From: Chrysomallon squamiferum
Lineage: Eukaryota; Animalia; Mollusca
Length of the DNA: 64,000 nucleotides
NCBI GenBank assembly: GCA_012295275.1
Contig: CM022665.1
Location: forward strand, 39,060,001 to 39,124,000
Direction of reading: 5' to 3'
Below are positions 1 through 14,582 of the stretch, piece by piece. How positions within the stretch are numbered: position 1 is the stretch's first letter; the number at the start of each line of letters is the position of its first letter. The notes beneath the pieces were generated by a model. It saw nothing but the letters and a program-made list of their open reading frames with translations. It was not told where the DNA came from and ran no database searches. The position numbers and the translations under genes were made by a program.

Positions 1-364
1 TTACCTATACTTTTTGTGTGTGTGTATACGATTTTAATATTTCTACTTAATATTGTATTATTAGCAAATAAGAGTAATCTCAAATAAAGAGAACAATAAC
101 ACGGAAATATACAGAGTATATTTAAGCCATCTTCATTCATATGTCCAAAAATGCATAGAAAAAATAACAATAATAAAAATAAAATATCAATCTGTAATTA
201 AATATTTGTTAATACTGCATACAAAAAAAATATATCGTGATACAAATATCTATTAATTTATGTATTTATTTATTTATTTATTTATTTATTTTAAATAATA
301 ACTATTAACAAATATTCACTCTTTGTTTTGAGTTTAAAACATTTTATTTTAACAACTGTTTCAG

Positions 365-3300
365 AAATCACCAAAAGATTTTCTAGAAAGTGAAGAAAAA
401 AGACTAAAGAAAGCTGGAATTACTTGCTCATTAAAGAAAATATCAAGAAGAAGTGTAGACAATTTACGACTTCACAGAAAGGTATATCCAGATCAAACTT
501 TATCAAGCAATGTTTTATGTACAGTACTACTACTACTACTACTACTAATAATAATAATAATTATTGTAACCATTTTATATATATTTATTGATTAAAAATA
601 AATGTCAAATTTAAAAAAAAAAAAAAAAAAAAAATTATTACTCTTTCAGGTTCCAGTTACTTTCAATTTCTAATTTTTACCATCAAAATTATTCAGTTTA
701 TAACTCTTCTGACACACAATTTATAAACAGAAAACCTTATTCAGTTAATAATCATCTGAAATAAATTTATAAATTATTTGCAATAAAAATTATTTCATTT
801 GTAATTTGCATCCATAGGATGATGTAACCATCATGTGTCTGTTAAAGTACCTCACTGACCATCAGGATGATGGTTTTCAATGGTCAGTTCTAGGAACTGT
901 CTACAGCCAGAAGGGAAAGACATTCTCCAGCCAGGCAGAATCAGCTTTCAAATATGCACTAAAACTATCAGGCAAAGTTATAGGCGTTACAGAGTGGCAG
1001 TCTCTTCATCCATTTGTTATTGGTAAAACAGAACTAGATGGAGATCCATTAGAAGCATTTGGAGGAATTCATAATGTTTCCTTGTTCAGATTTCAGAAAG
1101 GAATCCGATATTTCTCCGAACTAGTTCCCAGTGGAGAAGTAAAATGGACAACCTTGACCCCACAAACTGCAGATCAAGTCCAGGTTGGGACAAAGGTCAA
1201 CTGGAATGATCTTGTAAGTTCACTGGGATCAATGGGAATCACAGAATGGCAGGGCTGGCTGGTTGGTGAATTTGCTGTCAATGATAATGATGGTGTTATT
1301 ATGCAATGTTTGGGTGTCAATACCTTTTTTGTTGATGATCACCCTGTCACTGCTGATGTTTACAATCGAGGGACATTCTGGTTTAGTTTGCCACTAGCAA
1401 AAGGAATCCATTCAGTTTTTGTTAAACTTAGGACAAAAGTTCAAGCTAATATTAAATTTTCTGTTAAAGTAGCACCCAAAATATTTAAAGTTTTGTCTCC
1501 AACATTTTTGCCTGATTTAGTGAATGGACATCTTTTAGGACGATACATTGCAGTTCCCATATCCAATTATCATTCATCAAAATGGCTGACAAACATTCGA
1601 ATCTCACTTGTTGATCAGTCAGATGGTGAAACACTTGAAATCAAATTAATTAAAAATGAATTTGCTATTGCACCAGGTCAGGCAAGACCTGTTATATTAA
1701 AACTCTCTAATGAATCACCCAAAATTATAGACGGTTGCTATGACATTGAGCTAGAAATGAAAATTACTACCTCTGAAGGTCAGGAGTTGCTTCCTTTGAA
1801 ATTAAGATGTCGAAAAAGTGGAGAATCATTTCATTTTACTTTCTTGGATCATGATGGTTCAGTACAGCATGGTGCTGCTGTTGAACCAATTGGATCATGT
1901 GTTCAGAACCGATGTCCAGTGATGTTGACCCTTCATGGAACAACAGTTCCACCCCAGAATCAGGCAGACAGCTACAAGAAAATGGTGAATGGAGAGTTCC
2001 AGTTTGGAGTTGAAAAAGCTTGGCTAATAGCTCCAACCAGGTTAGTGTCTGCTGTTATTTGTACGATAATTAAAGAATAATTTATATTTTAAAGTTAAAT
2101 TTCTTTGTTTTGTCATTGAAAAGTGTTTCTTTAATATATGTAATGTTGTCTTCTGACTATACATTTACAGCTTTGTTGAAAATTATTACTTATCTGAAAA
2201 TTAAATTCGATTTCATGTAATTTCTGAATAGAGAAGAAGAAACAAAATGATTATTATTTATTTTAAAAACATTATTTTAATTTTTAATTTTGACATTTTT
2301 GACATTTTATTTATTATTTTTTTATTATTACTATTATAATTGCTGCTGTTGTTGTTATTATTAATTAATTTTATATTTAGGTTTGGAGCTCATAACTGGG
2401 AGGGTCCAGGAGCACTGACAGCTATGTCAGCCATGTTTGAATTTGAACGCATGGTGGAAGATTCTGATTGGATTACAACAAAGATTGACTCACATCATGT
2501 GATTTTTGCTGGTGAATAGTCAAGGGTGGTTGGCAATTTAATTTTTATTTTCCTTTTTCTTTTTTTTTTTTGGTTTTTTAAATTTCACTATTTTGTTTAT
2601 TTTAATATCATAATTTTCAATATTTATTTATTATGGTTTCTTTTTTTTCCTTCCTTTTTGTTTACTGCAGTTTTATAAAGTGATATATATTGCATAATTT
2701 CTTTCATCTTATATTAATTGATTTGCAACACATTTTAGAGTCTCCTCTTTGCAATTCCATTAAAACTAAAAAAAAATCCTTTAAATTCTTATTTTAGTTT
2801 CATCATCTAGAAATTATTATTACTATTATTTTTTTTTTCAATAAATAATTGGCGAGTTTTCAAAAATGCTGTTAGTAACAATAGAAATGTAATGCAGTTC
2901 AATGGTTGTATGCTTGCCTGGAGTATGACAGACTGCCATATTGATATTCCATTATGCATCCCTTGGGTTGTTTCACATTCCATCTTGTGTACTGATGATG
3001 ATCATATGTTTTATTTCTGTCTTTGGAAGATGAATATAAAAACAGTGCTTGCTTTTATTGATGGGAATATTCCAGACATTTCTGTCTCATCATTAATAAA
3101 CTGTGGAAATTTCCTCTGTCATCATTATTAGTAAATCTTATTTTTGATACTTATTAACCATTAATAATAAAATACTGTTGACCCTTGATTTCACAAACTA
3201 ATACCAAGATGCAGTGGTCCAGAAAATGCAGGAGTTTTGGAAATCGGGAATGTAAATATTAACTCTAAAATGTATTGAAATATTAAACTTTATTATAGAT

Positions 3301-3864
3301 AACAGCTATATTATATAGTAAAGTAATAATGTAAGAACAACATACAGACATAAAAACAATGTGGAAAAAAATTTCATACAGTATTTGTAAAGACAAATTT
3401 AGCGTAGGTTGGGCGAAGTTTGTTACTTTAGGATGGTTATGGATGCAATTATCTTGTTGGAAAGTGAGTTGAGAGAGGCTTGCCATGATTGTATAGTAGG
3501 ACTTAGAATAACTTAATAGGACCTAGAGGTATGGTTTCAAGTGGGAAATGGTAGTAAGTTCAAATTACATGATTTTTCCAAATCTGGTTCATTCCTGAAA
3601 GCTAGGAAACCAAGGTCCATGAAATCAAGGGTCAACAGCAGGTATTTAATTCAATAAAATTCATTTTTACACCACCTAATATTGTGCAACTTATTCATTT
3701 TAGGTCATTCTATGGGTGGACACGGGGCGTGGCATCTTGCTTCCCATTATCCCGACAGAGCTCTTGCTACTGTGTCTCTAGCAGGCTGGATTAAAAAAGA
3801 AGAGTATGGTGACAGTAACCTTTTCTTTAAGTAAGTCTATATACAGGTTTTATTATTATTGTTA

Positions 3865-3943
<79 letters not shown>

Positions 3944-4078
3944 ATTATTATCAACAACATCAATATCACCATCTTCATTTTTGTTGATGGTGATACTGAT
4001 TACGATAGAGTATTTCAGAATATATTAACCATTTCTTTAAGAAAGTTTTTATATTTATTTTATTATTGTTGTCTTTGG

Positions 4079-4116
<38 letters not shown>

Positions 4117-7100
4117 GTATTTCAGTATTTCAAACAGGCAGAATGTAGTTACAGTAATAATAGCAGTAGCAGAAATAGTAGCAGAAATAATAATAATAGT
4201 TGTATTGATGTAAATATCTAATTTGTTTTTTATTACAACTGAATAATTCAGACAGTATTCAACTCATACTTTGAAGAAGTTATTTTGACAAAAACTGTTA
4301 ACAGTAGTGACACAAAATATGCTTAATATATATCATCTGTCCTTATTTGGCAGACATGACACATCCACCAGTCACACAGACCCTGCTGTGAAAGCAATAA
4401 TGGAGGCTTGTATAGCAGAGAATGATGCTGACAGGCATGTCTCAAATCTTCAGGTACACTATGTTTACAAATTTTCAAACTGTTCAGTAATTCTGCTAAC
4501 TTACAATTTTTAAACACATCTAAGACTGTCATCCTGTTGATGACAGACATGAAATAATAGCTCAAAATGAATTAATATTCACTGTGTTCATGGACAACAT
4601 TAATGTTAGTCATAGATTAAGTTCATGTAAAGAGAAATCCCAGTGTTATCAAAGATGACTGCAGGCTTGTAAATAATGCAAATTTGGAAATTATGACAGT
4701 AATTAATTTGATAATTCTGAAAAATATTACAGGTTAATGTTTTCAATATTTTTTTTTACATTCTTTTCATTCAATTTCTTTTTTGCTTCATGTTGTACAT
4801 CTAAAAATTTCAGTAAATCATTCTGTATCATAAACCTTTGAATTTCAGGACGTGCCTGTTTTATCTAGAATTGGTGGGCAGGACAGAACAGTACATCCAT
4901 TCTTTGTCCGCAGAATGTATCGGCTGCTTCAGGAGTCAAAATCTGATGTCAGTTACAGTGAAATACCAGGAAAGGAACACTGGTGGTGGGATTCAAAGTA
5001 TGACTGATTATTTATATGTGATGATGTTGATGGAGTTGATATTGTTGATGATGATTATTATGATGAGGTGGTGGTTGTGGTTATTATTGTAATTATTGTG
5101 ATTATTGTAATTATTATTGAAAGTTAAGCAAAGACTGTGAAGTTTGCATTTTTGTTTGAAGATGTTTAAAACAGATCTCTAGCAGCTAATTGTTAAGAGT
5201 CCTTGAAGTGGTAGAAGTAAATCTCCTCTTTTACATAATCAGAATGAAAAGAATATATAGTAACTGTTCATCTGCAGTGTCCTATTGTCATTAAAATTGA
5301 TTTTTTATTCATGTATTTTTCTGTTTCTGTGACTGGAATTATCTAACTTGTTTCAAGGGAAACTAATGATGGAGGAGCTGTCAATGACAAGCAGATTCGA
5401 GACTTCATGGCAAAACATCTCAACAAGTTTGATCAGCTGCAGCATTCTTGTTCAACAAAAGGTGAAAACTGTGATGGAGAAAGCTCTGAAGAGATTCAAA
5501 ATAAGTACAAGGAAGAAAACAATGTGGGGAATCATTTTGTCTTAACGACCTTGAACCCAGCTTTCGGTGAAGGTCTGCATGGAATACAAATAGTCCAACA
5601 ACTGACACCATTTAGAACAAGCACTGTAAATGTGAGTGAATAAAATTTTGTCTTTTAAATACATGCTTTAAAAAAATACAGCCTGTAGTCATAGATAATT
5701 TTTCTGGTTGTAAAAAGACATGAGAGTTAAATGTAGTAAATAAAGTATAAAAAATCAGATCTGTTACATTTAAAATTAATTTTCATTTATAATATTCTCT
5801 TTTACCTGTTTTTTTTCATTGTTTTCTCTATTTAATCTTTTACATTTTGTTTCGATTTTGGTTTGATTTGATTTGATTTTTTTGTTTTTGTTCTAAGAGC
5901 CTATTTTGTTTTTGTCAGACTTTATTACAAGTGGAGATTGTCGTTATAAAGTACACTTTAAACAGTCATAAGTGTAGGATTTGAGTACATTTTTTAGAAC
6001 AACTATTTTTATGCTGTCTTTTGCAGGGCCATATTTCTGGACATGACGTTGATCTGAAAACAGTCAATGTTGCCCGACTGAGAATAAGAAATCCACTAAA
6101 CAAGAAAATAAAGTGGACTGACAAAAATATTAAGGTTTTTCAATTGCTAATACTCTTTTATACATTTGCATATTCATTTTGTATTTGTTATAACTAAATT
6201 AAACAAAGATCTATCATAATAATCTTTATCCATAGGAATACTGTGATGGATGATGTGTATTATTGAATACAGAATAGAGTATGCAGATTTTGAGCCTGTT
6301 CAGTTAATAATTTGAAGTCAGTGGATATGATTTAATGTGTGCCATATGGAAGTTGTTTCCCACAAGATTTGGTATGATTCTGAAATTATGTAAGAATCTT
6401 AACCAAATAAAATATTTTACAAAATGCCTTTGAATATATACATACATTATATATATATGTGTGTGTCACTTTATGAAATAATAATTATCATCATCATCAC
6501 AATCATAATAATGATAATAATAATAATAGTAGGACATTGATATCTTAAATCGATATCCATGATTTTTCAGTTTTTTGAATTCACTTATTATTCTATATTT
6601 TTAAAATGCAGGTTGATGACCATTTACAGATGAATAAAGAGACTGTAGAAAAAATGAATGGAAATGTTGATTTACATTTATGTAAAAATAAAGGTAAATA
6701 TAATATAACTTTAATTATTTTTATTTTTTATTTTTTTTATAAACTTTAAATAAAAGGAGAGAGATAGAAATAAAATTGCTTCCAAAGGTCACCATTTGTT
6801 TCATTCTATACTTCATTCTATACTTCATCAACCCTGGGTTTGAAATATGTTATACCATCACCTGCCCTCTCGATCTTAACTGCATTATTATATGCTTTAT
6901 TAAACTATTTTTATATAGTTATCAATTACTTCTGTTTGTGATAAATTTTATAAAAGATTAAAAAATGAAACTTTTGTTTTCTATTATTTTCTAACCTTTA
7001 AATTTCTACACCAAAACCAGTAAATAATTAAATATTACATAATATCTAAAGGATATTTTAATTTCTTAATTTTTTAAGGTAAATGGTCTGTATGTGAGAA

Positions 7101-8490
7101 TGAAGTAAATGGTTTGACAGAAAGAGGACCAGAAAATTTTGGACCAGCTCGAAGAATTGCAGAAAATGAATTAGTTATTATAACAGGTATGAAACCATTT
7201 AATTTTTGATTTAATTGATTTTATTTAAATTGCTAATGGTAAAAATGATAAAAATAAAATGTGAAATAACAATGATATATTAATATATTAAAATAATATG
7301 TTGGTTTTGTAATTTTTGTTTGCCTTTATTTTTTTTAATTATTATTTATATTACATTTTGAATTTACTTTGTTATCTTATTTTATATGTATCGATATCTG
7401 AGCACTCATGTAGACACACACACAAATGCATAATATACACTAATATTTAGATTTTGCTGTTTTTTAATTTAATTTTAAAAGATATTATATATGTATATAT
7501 ATGTGTGTTTTCTTATCATTATTTGTGGGGTTTTTTTTTTTTTTTTTTTTAAGTTTCTTTTTTTTTGGGGGGGTGGCAATATATTTGTAACTCATATTAT
7601 AATACTATTGTTATTTCAGGGACACAGGATAAATCTGAAATCACACAGACTCTTCTGATCTTTGCTGTTTACATTGCCAATTTGTTCTTCCTTACATCAG
7701 ACACAATCACACCTGTAGTGAAAGATACAGATGTCACAGAGCAGCAGTTAGGTATAAACAGGAAATTATTATTATTATTATCAAAATTATTATTACTACT
7801 GCTTCTACTATTGTTATTGTTAGTGTGTACCGTTACTTTTGTTGTTGTTGTTGTTATTATTATTATTTTGAGAAGCTCCTCTCTGATAATTTTGAAAATT
7901 TTTACTTCATTTTTTTTTCTCCTTCTAAAACTATATTGAAATGACAGTAATTAAAATATTTAACATTAAATAGTTTCCAGATAAACTACAGAGGCCTTTT
8001 TTTATTAAGGTTTTTCTTTTTCTTTCTATTATTATTATTATTATTATTATTATTACTAGTATTGGTGCTCTCATTAATGTTATTATTGTCACCATCAATG
8101 TTGTCTTTAATTGCAGCTAATAAAAATATACTTGTTATTGGTGGACCAAGCCAAAACAAATTTGCTTTAAACATTTTATCCAACATTCCACTTAAAGTCT
8201 GTGGTAAGTCTTTTATTTAAATATTAGTTACTGAATTTTCATTGTTGTGGTATGAATGCTTTGGGGAGGTTTAGCTGATTAACATATGAAGGTTCAGGGT
8301 TTGCTGCGTTTGTTTTTGAGGTTTTTTTTAGTATTAAAACAGAAAACAAATTAATATTCCTGGATATTAAATATTAAAAGGCTGTATTTTTAGTATTCTA
8401 TTAAATTGTATTTCAGTATTTGCTTTATTTTTTTTTCCCACAATTTCACTTTATTTTACTTGATTTTACTTTATTATTACTATTTTTATT

Positions 8491-8521
<31 letters not shown>

Positions 8522-9309
8522 GCTCCTATTACTAATTATTATGATTATCTTCAGAAAATGCTCAGTGTTTTCAACTTAATGACTGTATTTATGACAATCC
8601 AAGAACTGGTGTTATGACATTAGCACCTCATGGAAATGGCCATATTGCCATGGTGCTTATGGGAAATTCTCTAGAAGGTTTAAAAGATGCTGTTTCATTG
8701 GCAACTCCAACCATCCCACCTATGACAAGATCTCCTGTAAGTATCATACAGATATTTTTTTTTTTATAGTTGGAACTTTTCTTTGTTCTGTAAAATTCAC
8801 AGTAATAGACAGTTGTTTAAGTACTGATATTCACTGATTATGTATTTTAAGTTACATTACCAAATGTGTAATTAAAGACCTAGGTCAGTGTTCATTAATG
8901 CTTTTGAAAATATTTATTTATTCTTTTTTTAAGAAATTCTGTTCATGATAAAAATGGTATTATTCTCTGAAACAGATTACATTAAAAAAAACACTTGAAT
9001 ATGTTTTCATCATAATAAATAATTTCAAAATTTAATTTTAAAATTTATTATTAGCATTTCTTGAGTTATATTTACACATAAAACAAACCAAAAAAATGCT
9101 ATCAGTTTCAATCATCTCAGTAAATAATTTATTTTTATTTTATTATTTTTTTCCTTTCTAACCAACAGTTCTCAAATCTTCTGCCAGATTTTGTTGTAAC
9201 AGGTCCTGAGTTTGGTTACAAAGGACCTGGTGGTTTCCAGTGTGCTGGTTTCTGGGGAAATCATTGGGAATTCAGACCTGACCTGGCTTCATGTGTCTGC
9301 ATTTCATAA
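365..9309 (+). CDS. Multi-exon alpha/beta-fold serine hydrolase (peptidase S9-like; resembles 'uncharacterized secreted protein ARB_06907-like'); 5' end lies outside the window
   Basis: Frame-consistent GT-AG exons: 365-481, 818-2040, 2381-2511, 3704-3830, 4354-4453, 4849-4997, 5358-5631, 6027-6134, 6612-6693, 7079-7186, 7620-7751, 8117-8203, 8555-8736, 9169-9309 (TAA). Motifs: VMLTLHG, APTRFGAHNWEG, nucleophile elbow GHSMGG (Ser 3709-3711), GGQDRTV (Asp 4882-4884), GKEHWWWD (His 4978-4980), C-terminal AGFWGNHW. The family name is from recall. Confidence 0.85.
3175..3638. mobile_element. MITE-like non-autonomous element in a hydrolase intron
   Basis: Perfect 19-bp inverted repeats CTGTTGACCCTTGATTTCA (3175-3193) and TGAAATCAAGGGTCAACAG (3620-3638) around a non-coding interior. 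Confidence 0.6.
3850..3945. repeat. (ATT)n microsatellite
   Basis: Directly visible. It produces the poly-Ile ORF 3806-4081. A (GAT)n run follows at about 4078-4114. Confidence 0.95.
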
Positions 9310-12300
9310 CAACCTCAGGATATTAGATGTTAAATAGAAACAACAGAGAGGACACAATATATTTTTTTTCTACTATTAAAATAATATATTTTAATTCTTT
9401 GATGGCTAGTCATTGCACCACTTCTTATTTAATTAGTGTGTTGCACAAAGCAAACTTGTCTTGGAAAGGAGTCTTTGTCCGAGTTTGTGGGTGTAATTGA
9501 ATAATTGCCTTATGAAAGGTTGCTGTGAATTATTCATGCCATACCCACTTAAAATGTGTTAAATTTTAGGCTTTAAAACGGTATGTGTCTGTTACAGATT
9601 AACAGAAACTGCATAACTTGATAGAATATTGGATATATAATATGTTTCACAAACATGTTAGAACATATTTATGTACATACTTACCATCAAAAGAAAATTA
9701 CCCAAAACCAAGACAAAGACAGCCAATAATTGGCAAGTGAAATTCTTACACAAAAAAGTTAAAAAAACAACAACAAAAATCTCTTGATACACTGAGAGTA
9801 TGGGAAGATTTACTCAAATTCATCAGAGGTTTTTTTTTTTAATTCTTGGGTAGCCATTTTTATCACAGTTATTCTTTATCATATATAATTAGTGCTTATG
9901 TTTAGATTGAAATTGTTATTTGTATTGTTGGTTATAAGAGGCTTCATTTGTTTTCACTGACATCAACAGATCATGTCAATTTTTCCAATTTGCAGTATAC
10001 AATGGCCATTTTCTTTCTCAAGTTCATAGTGGTTAACATTCCAAATGATATAGAAATGTATTTCCAGTTCTTGAATTTTTTTCCACCATAAATGTGTGTC
10101 ACATTAATAATTAGACAATGAAATTGTATTTATAATAAAGATTATTATCTTCAGTAAAAACAAAACAGTAATTTTGTCTAAAGTAATCTATTTACACTTG
10201 GTCTTAGTTGTTCTAGGAAAATTAAATGGAAGATTTATTCTTACTGTATAGAAAAAAAAAAAAAGGGGGTGATGTCAAAAGCAAATGAGATTTGCATTTA
10301 TAATAATTAAAATACAGGTTAATATCTTAATAGAGAATATTGTTAGTTCACTGAATGTGTGAGCTGGTTATGTAATGGTTAGACTATGCTTTAGGTAATG
10401 AGACCTTTCCAAAACTGTAAGTAAATGTTTATAATTTGAAATTATAAATTTTGTAGGATACCTCACACACACACACACACAGAGAGGGGTGACAAGTAGG
10501 ACAGGCTAGAGCTAATAACGAAAAAGGATGAATAAATCAGTACAAATGATACAAATTACTTACATTGTTAGCTTTATCAGCTTGTCTGGTAGTGGAAAAG
10601 AAACTTAATTTGCTTTGATCCTTCGGCATGTAGTGTTCTCAGCAGTTTCATAAGAAGGAAAAACACTTATATTTCCAATAACATTGGGTGATATGATTAA
10701 GTATTCAGGCTTTCCTTGTGTATAAGTAAGGGAATTGAGATGGTACTCGGATGCAGTCATCAATTTTATTTAACAGTTTTAGTTGGCCAGATTTCTGTGC
10801 AGTGGGGTATATGTATTTAATTACACAATAAGTAGTGTATGATTTGTGAAAGAATTATGACTTGTAGTATCTACAATAGCATCTAGGACAGCTTGAAATT
10901 ATGCATATTGATTTGTAGCATGTGATTATTTTTATCTTTCAGATACAATTAAGCTGTTGGCCAGGTTAAAAAAACAACATGTTTTATAAACATGTGTCTG
11001 GTACATTTATTTATAGTGTTGGATGTGTATCATGTTGTGGTTGATTGAGTTTATGATTTGCTATGAGAAACAGAACATGTTGAAACCATTACAACTACAT
11101 TTTTTTTTTTTTAAATATATTTATGAATTCTCATTCTACACAGTTCCGTTGAATATGAGATAATGAATGCTGCTTAAGAAATTAATAGCAATAGTATTTT
11201 ATACTCAAATGTATAGAATAGAGATGATTAATTTTTTGTAATTTAGTTTATGTATTTTTAACTTAGATCAATAAAATAATAGAATTAATTCCATTAAAAT
11301 GTTAAGCTATGCAAATAAGGTAATTATTAATACTGTATGTATTAAAATGTATGTAAAATGAAATATTTGACTATAGTAAATGAATGACTATTTCTTTTTT
11401 AAAAATAATATTTTATTAAAGCAAAATAGGCCAGCTGAAGAACTGAAGAACTGCATTTTAAATTATAATTACAGAACAGTGCAATCTGAATTATAGCTTA
11501 GGTACAACATTGTTGTATAGGTACAATGTTATACAAATTCATAAATACATACATAAATATGATTTTTATTATTGTTTGGATTTTTTTTGCTCTAACATTC
11601 CATATTGATAGTTGCCAAAATTACTGTATAATATATTCCTGTGTTATATAGTTTTAAAATTATAAAGTGAAATTAAATTTTGCAACAATATTAATATGAC
11701 TGATTATAACCCTGCTTATCCCCAACAATGTAACAGTTATGGGAATACTTTTATCTAAAGCCTGCATACTTGAAGAAAAATACTATTGATTTAAGTATTT
11801 TTGTGGCTTATAAAATATCTGAATATCAATGAAATTTTTGAAAACTTTAAACATGGCTGTTGTTATCTGATTTTTCAGTATGGATAAACAAAAATTATGT
11901 ATGGTAAATTTTTATCCTTTGATATCATTTCGGAAATAAAACAGTTTTATTTGTTAGATCTCAAATCATGTATAATTACAATACTCAAATTTTGTGAATA
12001 AATGCTAATTTAGTAACTAAAGAACTTGATGGCTTGGCCAGAAGTAGACAGTAATTAATTATTCAAAATAAATAAAAATAAAAATTAAATAAAATACTAA
12101 GAGAAATGGAAAGATAAAAAGTCTTATTTAAGAATGAACATTTTTAACCTTTTATTGTTATTATTAGTTATTATCAATTTTGCTTGTTTATTTATTTAAT
12201 TCATTGTTTTATATTTATTTTTATTTAATCATAATTATATTTGTCATAAATTTTCGATGTCATTTTTTTTCTCTCATCTCGTTACATTTTTCATTGTTTC

Positions 12301-12823
12301 CATCAGACGTGTGTGTTTGACAAATAAAGTTTTGATTTTATTTTGGTATTTTTGTGCTTTTATTAATACGTAATTTGATTATTGATCACAGATTTCAAAC
12401 TGAAACAAAACTGTTTAAAACACATTTTAAAAATAATTTAAAAATTATATAGCGTATTCATATTACAGATTTATTTACAAGGCTATTTTCCATATAAATT
12501 TGAAGAAAAAGAATATAGGCATTTTAGTGTTCTCAGCAACTAGAAACCATTACGATGTCTGAATACTGTATTAGATTAACAATATATATAATAAAAATAG
12601 TAAATATAATAATCGTTAATCCATCTGAAAATAAAACGTAACAGCAAAGTCATAAAAATAAAAATAACGTTAACAAAAGTGGTTAACTTTCTTTTTTTTT
12701 TTTTTTTTTTTCAGTTTATGCAGCGTTTTTCATGTTCTGAGGTACGGCTTAGGTTTATACAATTTCTTTTGTTAGTTTCACGGATAATTATTAATCAGCA
12801 AAGATTATTTTAATTTTTTTTTT

Positions 12824-12880
<57 letters not shown>

Positions 12881-13922
12881 TACTAAGAGTTATTCCTGTA
12901 AATGAACATTCGTCACTTCAACACATTTTAATGTAGTTTGCATGTGAGCGTGTATGTGTCTATGTGTGTGTGTGTGTGTCTGCGTGTGTGTAATTTTAAG
13001 AACTATTCATATCGATAAACAGCAAGAAATAAGTATCATCAACAGAGAAATACATACCATATTGTTTGCCACGCAAATAGGTACACCAAGAAGTATCGTT
13101 CTTGCAAGCAGTCCCAGAGACAAGTAATATAAAGGACTAACTTATTCCCGTTTTTTAAAAATAAAATAAAGTTCTGAAATACTTGATCCAACCCCGTTAA
13201 CAATTAATGTTAAGCAGTTTATATGAATCACTGCAAAATAATAATTCAGTTTCCGCCATCCTATCCAGGAACATAAATTTCTACGTAATAACAAGCCAGA
13301 ATTGTAAAAAGAAATATCTATAAAAAAAAAAAAAAAAAAAATTTTAGAGTGTAATAGTGCACAAAATTATTTATTTAAATTATTTTATTTTATTTTATTT
13401 TATTTTAATTATCTGCCGTTTTGAATAATAAAGAGAAAAACAAAATTAAAAAAAAATATTATTATTTTAGTTTATTCATTTATTTTTCACATTTTCGCAA
13501 TAAATCAGGCATTGCAAATCAACATGGACATATGAAACAAGGAAGTAATTGTTATTTAAGGTGTGTGATATAATTATATCGTATGTAAAAATAATAAAAA
13601 TTTGTAATGCAGTTCTGCATGATATATTATATGTTAAATTCTGTAAGAAAAGAAAAAAAGGAGGGGAGGGAGTGGGAGGAAATGCATTATGATATTATAA
13701 TAATTATGCATGATGTATTATGGATGGAACGATCGTTATATAAAGTCGTTTTGTTGATGCCTCTTAAAATAATGTCCAAACATTTTTCTTCACTTTAATG
13801 ATAAAGACCGAAAACAAAATAACAAATTAATAAACAAATAAATATTAGGTGCATTAATCATTTTTGTTAATGTTCGTTTTTGTTTTTTGTGTTGTTGTTG
13901 TTGTTTTTTTGGGGGTTAATAG

Positions 13923-13926
<4 letters not shown>

Positions 13927-13981
<55 letters not shown>
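13927..13981. repeat. (GT)n microsatellite
   Basis: Directly visible. Confidence 0.95.
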
Positions 13982-13984
<3 letters not shown>

Positions 13985-14333
13985 CTCGTTACAATAACAT
14001 GTCATCTTGGGAACCGATTAATCATAATAATAATTTGTAATAAAATGATGTTATTTAGTTACTGTTTATTTTGGTAATATCGAAGTTTAAAAGTTTTCTT
14101 GGGACATTTTTGTTAATCAGATTTGTTTATGTAATAATAATAATACATTATGTATGTCTGCGTGCGTACGTTTCTGTGCATGCGTTGCATAAAGAAAATG
14201 GAATAAAATATACCAAACTCCAACATGCTGTCTCAAAATTAAAAAGAGGGTTCCGCTTGCTTCTTTTTACAAACGTGAACATTTCTAACCAATCTCTCAG
14301 ATGATTTATAATGTCCCAAACAAGAACAGACAC

Positions 14334-14335
<2 letters not shown>

Positions 14336-14402
<67 letters not shown>
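14336..14402. repeat. (GA)n microsatellite
   Basis: Directly visible. Confidence 0.95.
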
Positions 14403-14408
<6 letters not shown>

Positions 14409-14551
14409 TAGATGGGTGGATGAATGGTTCGGTAGGTAAATATTTATACACAGCATATTTCAAACCCGGAGGTAAATAAAATATAATCTGATTAAGGAAG
14501 AGGCAAAAAATAAAAATAAAGTGAAAATAAGTACTAGTACTACTACCACTT

Positions 14552-14582
<31 letters not shown>

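Noticed and set aside
3806-4081. Poly-I, poly-L, poly-Y, SL and CV ORFs here and at 13880, 14148, 40677, 43879, 47042, 49426 and 57949
   Set aside because: They are translations of microsatellites or homopolymer runs.
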